Source: Saprospiraceae bacterium (lineage in GTDB: Bacteria > Bacteroidota > Bacteroidia > Chitinophagales > Saprospiraceae). Taken from it: 47,436 bases of DNA. This document shows positions 16,401-25,259 of this stretch, piece by piece. Position 1 is the stretch's first letter; the number at the start of each line of letters is the position of its first letter. The position numbers and the translations under genes were made by a program. The stretch is from assembly GCA_027009605.1 (NCBI GenBank), contig JALVCY010000042.1:1-47436 (forward strand), in the 5' to 3' direction. Below the pieces are notes generated by a model. That model was not told where the DNA came from. It did no database searches and was given only the letters and a program-made list of their open reading frames with translations.

Positions 16401-19134
16401 TATAGGCGGGGTTGTAAGATGTGTTGTAGTTAAAATACCTGACATTGCCGGTAAATCGTGCTCCTTTCGGCATAATGACCACCGTGGAGTCCCATTGAGT
16501 AGGATTCCTAAATTCGTTAGGAAATAAGTCACCAACATCCGAGTAGTAAGTGAAAAACAACCGTTGATCGGTCGGTGTACAATACCAAGTTTTTATCTCC
16601 GAATTGGTAGAAACATGGCGGTTAGGTTTTAAATAACTGGCTTTTTCATACAAAGTACCGCACCCGGTAGTATTAGTCCCGTTTTTTGCATAGAATGTTG
16701 CTTGAAAATTTTGGAGCTTAAAGTACTTGGTGTAGTTAAAATTTGGACTAACGACAAATCTGAGTTTTAATCTTACAGTATCGTTCTCATTGCCTTCGCC
16801 ATATTGATAGGTACTCGAAACCAGATTTTTATAGGAAGATAAATCAAAAGCCATTTTGTATTGATTAGCTCCTAAAGCCGTTCGAGTAGGGTCTGTCGAA
16901 ATTGTCCCCGTATAAACTCCTGATGATAGATCATTGATAGCAATATCTCCATCAATAAAGGTAAACAAATTCTCATCTCCGCCTCCGGCTTCCGTCGTAT
17001 AATCTATATCCAAGAATAAGTTTTGGACAGCAGAATCTTGGATTACGGCATCTAGGTCAATTTCCATCGTGTCTTTCGCCAAATACCGGTCTAGCTCATA
17101 AGTATCATCTAACACCACTCTTGTGGTTTTATCCCAATCTGTCCATCCTGCGACTGTCCGGTGTGCATCAAAGGCCAAGATAGATGGCCCTTTACAAGTT
17201 GTAGGGCACAAATTTTGAATCTCTACCGACCCACAGTGGACATCTGTGTCCCAGCAGGAACAATGATAATGTGTCTTATAAGAAATGGTAAATTTTTCCG
17301 GTCCGGAATAGCTTGCGCAATCAAAGGTTAACGGAAAATTGTAATATTTGTATTGGTATCCCGACTGGGTATAGGTAATGGTGTTGCCTGACTGGCTAAA
17401 GCCGGCCGGTGCACCGGCAGCAAGTGAGACTCCGTTGGGTACGGTAAGCTCTACCGACCACACCACACCGGAACCTGTAAACATGTCCTCCCCACCACAC
17501 TTAGGTCTTCCTAGGGTCGTCCATCCTCCTCTATAAAAATGTGGTTTTACACCAACGGTAAAATCTTCTCCATCGGAGACACCATTCGGCCAAGACACTA
17601 GGGTTTCGTTTAGGTAGTCCCTTATTATGTTGGAATACTCAAAATTTATTCTTTCTGTGTAACGCTCATTGGCGCATTGATCCCGAAACATGGCATCAAT
17701 GTATAAATGCTCCCAGTGAATGTAATCAAATCTTTTTTCACCGCAATTGTCCGGCTCCGGGATGTATTCATAATCAAAACTAATGTCTATGTGCTCGCCC
17801 GGAGCTAAGTCATCATAATAACCATCACCGTCAATATCATCTAAACCGCCCGCACCATCCGGATCGGTGGTAAAATAGTCATAAGGAATACGAATGGTTT
17901 TTCCTGAGCCTCGTCCCGGATAGATTGTACTTGTCCAGTTAGATGTAGCAACGGGATTTCCATTAATGCGAATATTACTAATATGCCTTATGTCTCTAAA
18001 ATCAAAAGCCCATAAAGGATTCTTCCCAAAATCAGACAATGGAGAAGCATTGTGTCCCAATCCAAAATTCACATTCAGATCCTTGGCCATCGCTCCCGGA
18101 TGTGTAGCAATATTTTCTACTCGTATGGTAAAATTCTGTCCGCCACAAAGATCCATATAATTGTCACCGGCGATCTTGGTGACGGTGATTTCCGGAGCAG
18201 ACCCTTGAAAGTTGAGTACGCCCATTTCCGGCTCTGAAGATTGACATAACTCCGATAATGAGCATCCCCAAAAACCCTGATGTATCACATCCACATTTTT
18301 ACAACCTTGCACTTGAAAGGTTTCTTGAAACTGTATCTTTTCTCCATTCTCAAAATAATTATCTCCATCGCCTACATTGCCTGCAAAGGGTGCTTGGTCT
18401 AAATGGATATAATAAAAATAATCCGACCCCGCTATAGAATCCGGAGTTAAAGGGGTTCCATTATAAGAAAGCTTATAATAACCAATTTCACTACCAACAG
18501 AAACCTTGTGTACATACCACTTCAAACGACCTTCTCCTCCTTGAACCATCTTAATATTCCTTCCTACAGTCTGACCAACGATAACATCTTTGTCCGGGAT
18601 GGACTGTAAGGCAAGCGCCGGAATAAACACTTGGTAGTTGGAAACATCCGGATCCACATTGGAAAAACTATGTACAATAGAGCCTTGTGTCAACTGTACA
18701 ATCTGAACATCCTTGAATATCACCCCATTGTTTAATTCATCAATCGCATCACATCCTACACGTTTCGCAAACTTAAAACGGATAACATCTCCAAGAGGGA
18801 CTGTACCATCGCCTAGATTTTTATCTGGAGAGATTTGAAAGACAGGCGAACTTGGAGCATTAGACACTGTTGATTCTGAATAATGAAGATCGGGGTTTAT
18901 CACCCATTCAAAACTGCCGGGTATGTAGGTCACACCAGTCGGCAAGTCAAACTGAATTGTCAAAAACTTTAGTTGGGTAGCTTTGTATAGGACTTCAACC
19001 TCTACAAACGAAGTATCACAGGGTCGAACATCCTCCGGGAAAATCTCGATTCGCACCAAGTTATTATCAACCTGTGCATACAATCCTGAAATGGATAGAA
19101 AAAAAATAACAGCAAGTGTAAGAAAATACCTCAT
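10477..19134 (-). CDS. Giant surface protein (about 2885 aa) with a T9SS type-B (gliding motility-associated) C-terminal sorting domain
   Basis: The signal peptide MRYFLTLAVIFFLSISGLYAQ starts at ATG 19134, whereas the track ORF starts 22 codons upstream. The C-terminus is IYIPNIFTPNDGNGQNDYFTV...FDRWGGFVF...GTWRGKRVQEGVYIYKIKV. The middle holds six 96-aa cadherin/VCBS-like units (VNDPPIAVDDNYTTPEDTPL...LNSDGTFTYTPNLNYNGLDSF) followed by about ten Ig/PKD-like 75-80-aa units. I could not assign roughly the first 1500 aa. Confidence 0.9.
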   Translation of the reverse strand: MRYFLTLAVIFFLSISGLYAQVDNNLVRIEIFPEDVRPCDTSFVEVEVLYKATQLKFLTIQFDLPTGVTYIPGSFEWVINPDLHYSESTVSNAPSSPVFQISPDKNLGDGTVPLGDVIRFKFAKRVGCDAIDELNNGVIFKDVQIVQLTQGSIVHSFSNVDPDVSNYQVFIPALALQSIPDKDVIVGQTVGRNIKMVQGGEGRLKWYVHKVSVGSEIGYYKLSYNGTPLTPDSIAGSDYFYYIHLDQAPFAGNVGDGDNYFENGEKIQFQETFQVQGCKNVDVIHQGFWGCSLSELCQSSEPEMGVLNFQGSAPEITVTKIAGDNYMDLCGGQNFTIRVENIATHPGAMAKDLNVNFGLGHNASPLSDFGKNPLWAFDFRDIRHISNIRINGNPVATSNWTSTIYPGRGSGKTIRIPYDYFTTDPDGAGGLDDIDGDGYYDDLAPGEHIDISFDYEYIPEPDNCGEKRFDYIHWEHLYIDAMFRDQCANERYTERINFEYSNIIRDYLNETLVSWPNGVSDGEDFTVGVKPHFYRGGWTTLGRPKCGGEDMFTGSGVVWSVELTVPNGVSLAAGAPAGFSQSGNTITYTQSGYQYKYYNFPLTFDCASYSGPEKFTISYKTHYHCSCWDTDVHCGSVEIQNLCPTTCKGPSILAFDAHRTVAGWTDWDKTTRVVLDDTYELDRYLAKDTMEIDLDAVIQDSAVQNLFLDIDYTTEAGGGDENLFTFIDGDIAINDLSSGVYTGTISTDPTRTALGANQYKMAFDLSSYKNLVSSTYQYGEGNENDTVRLKLRFVVSPNFNYTKYFKLQNFQATFYAKNGTNTTGCGTLYEKASYLKPNRHVSTNSEIKTWYCTPTDQRLFFTYYSDVGDLFPNEFRNPTQWDSTVVIMPKGARFTGNVRYFNYNTSYNPAYSESNGGVTWKMNGDTLTVYPGPNYRDMDQRGTNYPRLLPEFIGTCEAAPDVYYQYTVYYQEFAHVAPEPKSKTSSVVFHYFRPQFELHSPHPNVTVVNNETYVDVQICNTSPIPIDYNWVKVNANPNFVVTKAFLLDDADNEIASANMTQSNGMTWVEAGQVMDGPSGCKTIRIYGNIQDCGDQTLTLSNGWDCLKYPDDYESLDPICSQDSININLTIQESQVQVTIVQQPDSISYCDPFVLGLEVNSAQVANLLNPYLLVSIPADISNMMLDSVTVEYPKGSGNVENLPTSIVGNSLKIDLAAHSKIGSKGMLGSYLESQDSLRIASVKMYMALSCGFLNLSTVTVQGFGESPCAKPAASSGVTLTCNDIAVKGANTSYYVYSDFTLPDTIKNCGTIQTIDVKSTIIAGTTGVVDSADITIPNGLTFVNGSFNCIGANCATYEYAYSSGGEDHFVIAFPQGVGNKDSIKYQFDVQTSNSYCTDKGYFDIESYIYSTGGSCGTSACAATKIVTGHQIDSLAIAKPDLVILSSTVATSMVTSAGDTKYGLNLNIQNVGIDAMSGYNYTVYCADGSGNKGTQIYAGNFPDILLSGDSLSQIFYFYASTACNPANGLFLEILPSNANCMCSAVTAVIPLTPGMDANDDNYTTPEDVVLSANVTDNDTPATGITVNTTPITDVTNGTLTLNSDGSFTYTPDANYNGTDSFVYQVCDSGNPQQCDTATVTITVTPVNDPPIAVDDNYTTPEDTPLSGDVSTNDSDPDGGTLTVNTTPVFGTFNGALTLNSDGTFTYTPNLNYNGLDSFSYVICNDGTPSLCDTALVLITVTPINDKPVAQDDNYTTPEETLLTGNVTDNDSDPEGSVTVSTTPLTDVSHGTLTLNSDGTFTYTPDLNYVGLDSFVYKICDNGTPALCDTATVTITVTPVNDPPIAVDDAFTTPEDTPLSATVTTNDSDVEGALTVSTTPVLDVSNGTLTLNSDGTFTYTPNLNYNGLDSFYYQVCDTGMPVMCDTALVLITVTPINDKPVAQDDNYTTPEETLLTGNVTDNDSDPEGSVTVSTTPLTDVSHGTLTLNSDGTFTYTPDLNYVGLDSFVYTICDSGTPALCDTATVTITVTPVNDPPIAVDDHYTTDTNLPITTENVTDNDNDIDGDGLVVNTTPLNGPTYGTLVLNADGSFTYTPATNFNGYDQFDYVVCDTGTPTLCDTATVFIKIGNLEVVISNPDTLDCATPVVTLDGSGSSQGVSFTYTWTTATGHIVSGANTHTATVDMPGEYTLTLLDTVSNITTSSSTVVVLDTLAPTAVIVEPHGDITCSSSSVFLSGNGSDVGPNYTYQWTTTDGNILNGANTLIPEVGHIGSYQLEVRNTINGCISTISTEVKYDTVSPVAMILTPTEEINCSTSCITLDATGSSTGDYNYIWTSSNGSIQGTNTTLQATVCASGDYEFKVTSIANGCTATQTIHVSENTTPPTLTTTANQKITCDIPQVYVDVNVSGGSGDYAYVWSPASAIESGDTTSNPLVNQAGNYTVTVTDNNSGCTATASAMVEATIDVPQLSLVGNDTLTCLDTLVPITAYFNSNFDVNWSTVDGSITTLVTEPKVWVNQPGEYTAVVTNSATGCTSSKTITIHSDTESPLAEADDVQKNDCTTTAVQLGSMDNASMTNVRFEWTTVDGHFVSSNDLPNPIVDKIGTYRLRVTDLHNGCSSEDEVVVSEVAPLTGADMTLSLPGCDGRTGAIIINDVEGSKAPFTYSFDGGDHFGVVPIAAGLYPGDYEVVIQDEVGCEYRETVHLPVPKEGDIVTEADVEMEMGDSIHLEIFTSTSPEAIDTIIWTPEKDLSCTGNCFKQTVKPMITTIYNIVVIDTLGCISKTQTTVHVSDPDIYIPNIFTPNDGNGQNDYFTVLGNTERVEEIESMEIFDRWGGFVFSRKHLPINDYSSGWDGTWRGKRVQEGVYIYKIKVRFIDGHVVDYMGDINVTN
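12760..14478 (-). repeat. In-frame tandem array of six 288-bp (96-aa) units inside the giant CDS, including a near-identical two-unit (576-bp) duplication
   Basis: 13025-13380 and 13601-13956 are offset by exactly 576 bp. I hand-counted about 10 mismatches in 356 bp. Protein units 3 and 5 differ at only 2 residues. Confidence 0.85.
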
Positions 19135-19187
19135 AGTTGTAAGTTTTAAAAACCGGGAGGCATCCAAATGCCCCAAAAAATATGCCA

Positions 19188-19195
19188 CAAACGTA
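19188..19195 (-). promoter_or_regulatory. Candidate -7 box (TACGTTTG) for the giant adhesin gene
   Basis: Exact TAnnTTTG on the minus strand, 54 nt upstream of ATG 19134, within the 129-bp gap after the upstream gene. Confidence 0.4.
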
Positions 19196-19263
19196 AACAT
19201 CTTGTTATGTTAAATTTAAAAATAATATATAAGCCGTTGCTTGCGTGATTTTCGTTATAGGTT

Positions 19264-21579
19264 TTATCTCGCAATCTGAAAATTACCCGTGATTTTGCGG
19301 CCTTCTCCCGTATCAAAGATGTAGAAGTAAGTGCCATCCGGTAAGTACGTATTGTTATCGTCCCAATATCCTGTCCAAGTATTATCATATTTTTCCTGCT
19401 CTAGGACGATATTGCCCCACCTATTAAAAATCATGAGCTTATTATTGGGATATTCAGAAATACCTTTGATTACAAAGGTCTCGTTGATGCCATCTCCGTT
19501 GGGAGAAAAACCTTCCACAATAGAGATATTATCACAATCTAAATAAATGGTAGCCCGGGCAGTATCACAACCAAACTCGGTACAGATTTCATATCTCAAC
19601 GAAACCGTATCGTCACAGATATTTGACTCCGGTATGTATTTAATAAATCCGAAAGTATCTGCTTCGGCTGAACCCAAGGTAGGATAATCCAATATCTTTA
19701 GACTGACCAACGGGGCATTCAAGGTGTCGTTGGCCACAACTTGAAGCTGGGTAGGTACGCCCTGAAGCACCGTGTCCATATCATTCACTGCCACCGGCAA
19801 AATGGGCAATAGACCTTTGATATTCATATAGATAATGGTCGTGTCACAATTAGATAAATCATCACACACAACCACACAAAAAGTATCTTGCCCTACCGCA
19901 TTTACTGTCGGATAGTAATCAAAGCAGTTTAAAGCCAGATTCGTTGCGGTGCCATTGGCAGGTGCAGAACACAGCTGCATCCCTGTAACATTTCCGGCCA
20001 ACTCCATCGTATCCAAACAAATACTCAACGATTCATTCTTATTCACTTCCAAGTAAAGCGTATCCATCGTAACAAGAATAACAACAGGCATTCTAATCCC
20101 CATATCAACGTTACTTACCGTTAGCCCGGCCACAATAGTCATCGTATCTGTTACACCCATCGGACTAACATCACTGTCAATGCTATCATCGCCACCAAAA
20201 TCCTTAGTGACAATTAAATATCCGGAAGGCAAGGAATCTAAGCCAAAAGCAACCGTGTAATCTGCCGGTGATATATTTGCGAAAGCATATTTCCCCGTAG
20301 CATCAGTTAGAGCGGTTAGAATTGTATCGCCTACTGCTGAAATCAAATAAACAGGAATATTAGGTAAATAATCATCTCCAAAAGTAAATTGATTGTCATT
20401 ATCATTATCCTGCCAAACCTTACCGTTTAAAGCACCATAAATAGGAGGTGTATATAGACCCAAGTCTATCGCATTTACATTTCCGGTAACGAAAATAGTA
20501 TCGGTCTTGCCATCCGGATTCGCATCGGAATCAACGGTATCATCCCCTCCTGCATCCTTTGCAACTATCGAATAGGAAGAAGAATAAGAAGAGGTATCAA
20601 ACTGCACAAAATATTGACCCAAACTAAGATTCTCAAAAGAATACTGCCCGTTGGTGTCGGTCGTATCCAGTTTTATCTCATTGTTGGCAGTGTCCAATAA
20701 CCGCACAAACACATTGTTGACACCTACTTCGCCTGTTTCATAAATGCCATTATTGTTCCCATCAAACCATACTTTTCCGGAAAGGCTCACGACCGGGGGA
20801 ACATTCCAAAGTCCAATATCCAGATGGCTCATGTCTCCCACCAAATCAATGGTATCCGTCAAGCCCGCCGAGTTGGCATCAGAGTCTAAATTATCATCTG
20901 CACCGGTATCTTTAATAACCGGACTATATCCGTTGGGAAAAGATTGCGTATCAAAAGCAACCACATATTTGCCATACTCTGCAGGCAAAAATACATAATC
21001 TCCATTTTGGTCGGTCGTATCCTTATGAACTGTATTTCCCGAAGTATCAATCAAGGAAACAACGATACCCACCAAACCGGTATCTCCGGCACTTTGGATA
21101 TTATTTCCATCTAAATCGTCCCAAGCCCTTCCGGAAAGAATAGCTGTGGGAGAGACTTGCAAGCCCATATCCATATCTTGGGCGCTGCTGTTCGTTCCTG
21201 CGATACTGATTTCTCCGGTCAATCCGGTAGAATCCACATCACAATCGATGTCCAAAAAGAAGCCTACATTTTGGTCGGCTGTTTTGCGCAAGCCAATGGG
21301 AGCCGTTGACAAATCAAATTGAACTTTATATTTGCCGACAGCTAAGCCGTCAAACAGATAAGAGCCATCTAATGCTGTCGTGTCAACAGCCAATACGTTG
21401 GATGCCAAATCCAGTAGATAAACTCTGACATCTTTTACGCCAAGCTCCGTCGCTCCTTGTAAATGGTCATTGTCGCTATCTTCCCAGACTTGTCCGGATA
21501 TGCTTGCGCCAAATAAGGGCATTGCTGCTAGAAATAAAACAGCGGTAAATAAAATTAATACAATATGTCGCATGGTCAA
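19264..21579 (-). CDS. T9SS type-B CTD surface protein (771 aa) with four SdrD-B-like repeats
   Basis: It has a signal peptide and four units of about 115 aa (for example LSGKVWFDGNNNGIYETGEVGVNNVFVRLLD...NGQYSFENLSLGQYFVQFD...DSDANPDGKTD), covering roughly 20080-21505. The C-terminus is FSPNGDGINETFVIKGI...IFNRWGNIV...LPDGTYFYIF. Confidence 0.85.
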   Translation of the reverse strand: MTMRHIVLILFTAVLFLAAMPLFGASISGQVWEDSDNDHLQGATELGVKDVRVYLLDLASNVLAVDTTALDGSYLFDGLAVGKYKVQFDLSTAPIGLRKTADQNVGFFLDIDCDVDSTGLTGEISIAGTNSSAQDMDMGLQVSPTAILSGRAWDDLDGNNIQSAGDTGLVGIVVSLIDTSGNTVHKDTTDQNGDYVFLPAEYGKYVVAFDTQSFPNGYSPVIKDTGADDNLDSDANSAGLTDTIDLVGDMSHLDIGLWNVPPVVSLSGKVWFDGNNNGIYETGEVGVNNVFVRLLDTANNEIKLDTTDTNGQYSFENLSLGQYFVQFDTSSYSSSYSIVAKDAGGDDTVDSDANPDGKTDTIFVTGNVNAIDLGLYTPPIYGALNGKVWQDNDNDNQFTFGDDYLPNIPVYLISAVGDTILTALTDATGKYAFANISPADYTVAFGLDSLPSGYLIVTKDFGGDDSIDSDVSPMGVTDTMTIVAGLTVSNVDMGIRMPVVILVTMDTLYLEVNKNESLSICLDTMELAGNVTGMQLCSAPANGTATNLALNCFDYYPTVNAVGQDTFCVVVCDDLSNCDTTIIYMNIKGLLPILPVAVNDMDTVLQGVPTQLQVVANDTLNAPLVSLKILDYPTLGSAEADTFGFIKYIPESNICDDTVSLRYEICTEFGCDTARATIYLDCDNISIVEGFSPNGDGINETFVIKGISEYPNNKLMIFNRWGNIVLEQEKYDNTWTGYWDDNNTYLPDGTYFYIFDTGEGRKITGNFQIAR

Positions 21580-22335
21580 ATGAATTATTTTTGTTATAAT
21601 GTTCTACCTTTTGTTGCAAAAACTATGCCTCCATGCAAGCAGTTTATAGCTTCACCCGGAAAGTTCAATAAACATCCTTAAAGTCAGCTGAAAAAAGAAT
21701 TAATAAGCCATAACAATGCCCTTCCCCACGATGCTCCATCTCTTGGCCTTGCTTGTGAATAACAGGTTATCGGTATATGGAGATAATTGGTCTGCTAGAA
21801 CTCGTTGATGGCAAATTTGTCACCATTGAACTGAGCACTAGTTTGGTCTATATAATCAAAGTAGAGGATACATCTGCTTTTGCAGAAACCTAAATTCAAG
21901 TAGTCTATTTTACATCTTCTGCAAAAATATTCCGAGAAAATGCGTTTGATTTAGGATATTTTTTGGGAGATTCCAACTAAAACGTTGCATGCCCTTGACC
22001 ATTTTACTTAACCTGCCTTAAATGTAGGTGGCCATTAAACTGAGATACTGGATTATTACAGGAATAATTCTTTAGAAAAGACAAAAAAAAAGTGGCAGGA
22101 AAACGACTCTACCCCCCAATGGAGCCGCACCTACCACCTATCTTCATCCTTTCGGACTCAGACAATAACCTATTAGCAATTTTGATACCATAATTGAAAT
22201 GGAGACAGAAATTGTGACATTTTTTTGTGTTTTTTTATGTCAATTTAGACAATCAATCAGCCATTCTGGCGCAAAAACATCAATGGCATAGGCTTTGAAC
22301 ATCCTAATCTGCAAAAATAAACAAAAATTAAAAGA

Positions 22336-24204
22336 ATGAGCAAGAAAAAAGGAAACATTGAAGTACAGTCAGAAAATATTTTTGACATCATCAAACGGTT
22401 CTTATATTCTGACCAAGAAATATTTCTCAGAGAGTTGGTTTCTAATGCCGTTGATGCAATTAGTAAACTCCAAACTCTTTCTAGAAAAGGAGAATTTGAA
22501 GGTAAAATCGACCAACCTTTAGTCGAAGTAAAACTCGATGAAAAGAATAAAACACTGACCATTGTCGATAATGGTATCGGCATGACAGAAGATGAAGTCC
22601 GTAAGTACTTAAATCAAATTGCGGTGTCCGGTGCCAAAGAGTTTATGTCCAAATATAAAGATAGTAATATCATTGGTAATTTTGGACTGGGTTTTTACTC
22701 TTCTTTTATGGTAGCGGACAAAGTTGAAGTAAACACAAAATCTTATAAGAAAGGCAGTGAGCCGGTGCTCTGGTCTTGTGAGGGTACTCCGGAGACCGTT
22801 ATCACAAAGGGAACAAAAAAAGAACACGGGACAGAGATAACCCTTCATATTTCAGAAGACAGCAAAGAGTTTTTGCAAAAAAGTAGAATTGAAGGGCTTT
22901 TAAATAAATACGACAAATTCCTTCCGGTAAAAATTAAATTTGGGACAAAAACCATCACAGAGTACGAAGGGGAAGGAGATGACCGCAAAGAAATCAAAAA
23001 AGAAGTTGATAACATTATCAACGAGATGGAGCCTATTTGGGTGAAAAATCCGGCTGATTTAAAAGATGAAGACTATATCTCCTTTTATAACTATCTGTAT
23101 CCAATGTCTCATCCTCCGATGTTTTGGATTCACCTAAATATAGACTATCCGTTTAATCTTCGTGGGGTGCTTTATTTCCCTAAACTGACCAATAGCTTGG
23201 AGTTGGAGAAGAACAAAATCCAGCTTTACAGCAATCAAGTGTATGTTACGGATGAAGTAAAAGACATTGTGCCGGAGTTCTTGACTCTGCTACATGGAGT
23301 GATAGATTCACCGGATATACCATTGAACGTATCAAGAAGCTACCTTCAAAGTGATAGCAATGTCCGCAAAATCACCGGATACATCACCAAGAAGGTGGCA
23401 GAAAAGCTAAATGATCTTTTTGTTGATGAGCGGACTTCGTTTGAAGAAAAATGGGAAGACATCTCTCTTTTCGTTAAGTATGGTATGATTACAGACGAGA
23501 AGTTTTATAAAAAGGCCATTAAATTCTTCTTGCTAAAAAGTATTGATAACAAGTACTTCACACTAGAAGAGTACAAGGAGAAATTTAAGGTCAACCAGAC
23601 CAATAAGGACGGCAAAATGGTCATCCTTTATACCAACCATCAGGATGCGCATGCACATAAGGTCAGCTTGGCCAAAGAGCGGGGATACGATGTAGTGGTA
23701 TTTGATCACCCTATTGACAATCATGCAATGCAGCAACTGGAGACCAAAGAAGAGGGTATCCAATTTGCTAGAATAGATTCGGATACTTTGGACAATCTTA
23801 TCGAAAAGGATGAGCAATTAGACTCTGCCCTTTCGGAAAAAGAACAAGAAAAAGTCAAGGAGCTATTTCAAGAAGTCATTGCCGACGGCAAAGGCACTTT
23901 AATGCTAAAGCCCATGTCCGTCAATGAGCCTCCTGTTACGATTATCAGACCGGAGAGCTTGCGCCGTATGCAAGAGATGCAAATGATGCAAAGTGCAGGG
24001 GGGATGGATTTTGACTTTTACAATGTCGTTGTCAACAGCAATCACCCACTCATTGCGAAAGTCCTAAAAAAACGGGGAGACAACAAAAAGGCTTTTGCCA
24101 AATACTTATACGACTTAGCCTTGTTGAGCCATGGAATGCTGAAAGGCGATGCTATGACAGATTTTATCAATAACAGCATTGAATTTCTGGGTAGCGACAA
24201 ATAG
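22336..24204 (+). CDS. htpG: Molecular chaperone HtpG (Hsp90 family)
   Basis: 622 aa. The N-terminal GHKL ATPase signature is LYSDQEIFLRELVSNAVDA...DNGIGMT, and the remainder is collinear with HtpG. Confidence 0.95.
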   Translation: MSKKKGNIEVQSENIFDIIKRFLYSDQEIFLRELVSNAVDAISKLQTLSRKGEFEGKIDQPLVEVKLDEKNKTLTIVDNGIGMTEDEVRKYLNQIAVSGAKEFMSKYKDSNIIGNFGLGFYSSFMVADKVEVNTKSYKKGSEPVLWSCEGTPETVITKGTKKEHGTEITLHISEDSKEFLQKSRIEGLLNKYDKFLPVKIKFGTKTITEYEGEGDDRKEIKKEVDNIINEMEPIWVKNPADLKDEDYISFYNYLYPMSHPPMFWIHLNIDYPFNLRGVLYFPKLTNSLELEKNKIQLYSNQVYVTDEVKDIVPEFLTLLHGVIDSPDIPLNVSRSYLQSDSNVRKITGYITKKVAEKLNDLFVDERTSFEEKWEDISLFVKYGMITDEKFYKKAIKFFLLKSIDNKYFTLEEYKEKFKVNQTNKDGKMVILYTNHQDAHAHKVSLAKERGYDVVVFDHPIDNHAMQQLETKEEGIQFARIDSDTLDNLIEKDEQLDSALSEKEQEKVKELFQEVIADGKGTLMLKPMSVNEPPVTIIRPESLRRMQEMQMMQSAGGMDFDFYNVVVNSNHPLIAKVLKKRGDNKKAFAKYLYDLALLSHGMLKGDAMTDFINNSIEFLGSDK

Positions 24205-24227
24205 AGCGCCTACAAGATAAGATAGAG

Positions 24228-24259
24228 AGCCTTTCTGCAAAAGCAGGAAGGCTTTTTTA
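24228..24259 (+). terminator. Intrinsic terminator of htpG
   Basis: Stem agcctttctgc/gcaggaaggct with one G-U pair, loop aaaa, followed by ttttt. It starts 24 nt after the stop. Confidence 0.7.
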
Positions 24260-24369
24260 TATTTTGACACAGGATGAATTGGTTTACGTGAGTCTATTGA
24301 AAGCTCATTCTTCAAAGTCAAACCCGGAAAATACGGAAGTGTTAGCGTCCGCCCCTTTTCGGAGTGTAC

Positions 24370-24969
24370 TCAACCTTTGCCTCGATACTTGTCATGAGAG
24401 CGCTTCAAAATTCGGGTGACATAATCGTCAAGCGACTCATCCTTATCCCTAGGAATCATCTCAAAAGACGAAGTAATAATATCCAGTCCCCGCCTATAAC
24501 GCTCAAATGTTTCTTCAAGTAGGGTGCGATCTTGAGTTTGCCAATAATGCCCCTCATCATCCATCTCAAACTCCGAAAAATATTTTTTACTTAGATAACG
24601 CAAGAAATCCATCACCAAAATATGAGTATCTACGCCTGCAAATTGGGTCTTAGTGAAAAGTAAATAGAAAAAGTCATCATCTGACTCATCTGACGGACTA
24701 CTAATCATCAACTGCATAGGGCTACACAGTCGTCCGTTGCTTACAAACGTAAGAAAAATAGGGTCGCACTTTTCCGGGCTGAAAGAAACCCCATACAGCT
24801 TCTTATCTCCTTGATAATCAACCAGTTTTCCGCCTGGAAACGCCGGCTCAAACAGGTCTGATTGGTAGGGAAAATTGTTGATTTTTGCAAAATCTACAAC
24901 TTCCGCAACTAAGTCCTGCAACATGTCTGCACGCTTAATTTTTCCGCGATAATGAAATGTTAGTCCCAT
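24370..24969 (-). CDS. Hypothetical protein (199 aa), no recognisable domain
   Basis: The track ORF extends to 25110. ATG 24969 (MGLTFHYRGKIK...) is the likelier start, because the upstream 47 codons look non-coding. No signal peptide is present. There is an acidic patch SSPSDESDDDFF. Confidence 0.5.
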   Translation of the reverse strand: MGLTFHYRGKIKRADMLQDLVAEVVDFAKINNFPYQSDLFEPAFPGGKLVDYQGDKKLYGVSFSPEKCDPIFLTFVSNGRLCSPMQLMISSPSDESDDDFFYLLFTKTQFAGVDTHILVMDFLRYLSKKYFSEFEMDDEGHYWQTQDRTLLEETFERYRRGLDIITSSFEMIPRDKDESLDDYVTRILKRSHDKYRGKG

Positions 24970-25259
24970 AATTTTTGTTTTGATAGTGAATAAAAGTAGT
25001 AACCACCTCCGGTTTTGATCTGCTGGTATTTCTTTCTTTGGGAAAGAATATGAATACCCTCCACCCATTATGACCTCATAAGCCATATTGTTTCTGCCAG
25101 ACGGTAGCACTTCAAAAAATCATATTTCTTAAATCCATGTTATCGGTAGCCATTCCAACAGATTTAAGAATGCAGAATTTAGAGTCAAGAAATAAAAAAA
25201 TGTGGCGCATTTAATATAATTTATCTTTCTCGGCCTCCTTCATCTTTAACCATCAACCA

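Noticed and set aside
24970-25110. N-terminal extensions of track ORFs (24370..25110, and likewise 36571..36696, 19135..19200, 4820..4867, 7045..7068 and 4374..4397)
   Set aside because: The extensions precede an obvious signal peptide or conserved N-terminus, overlap the upstream gene or a promoter box, use TTG or other rare starts, or are translated from homopolymer runs. Internal ATGs give canonical N-termini.
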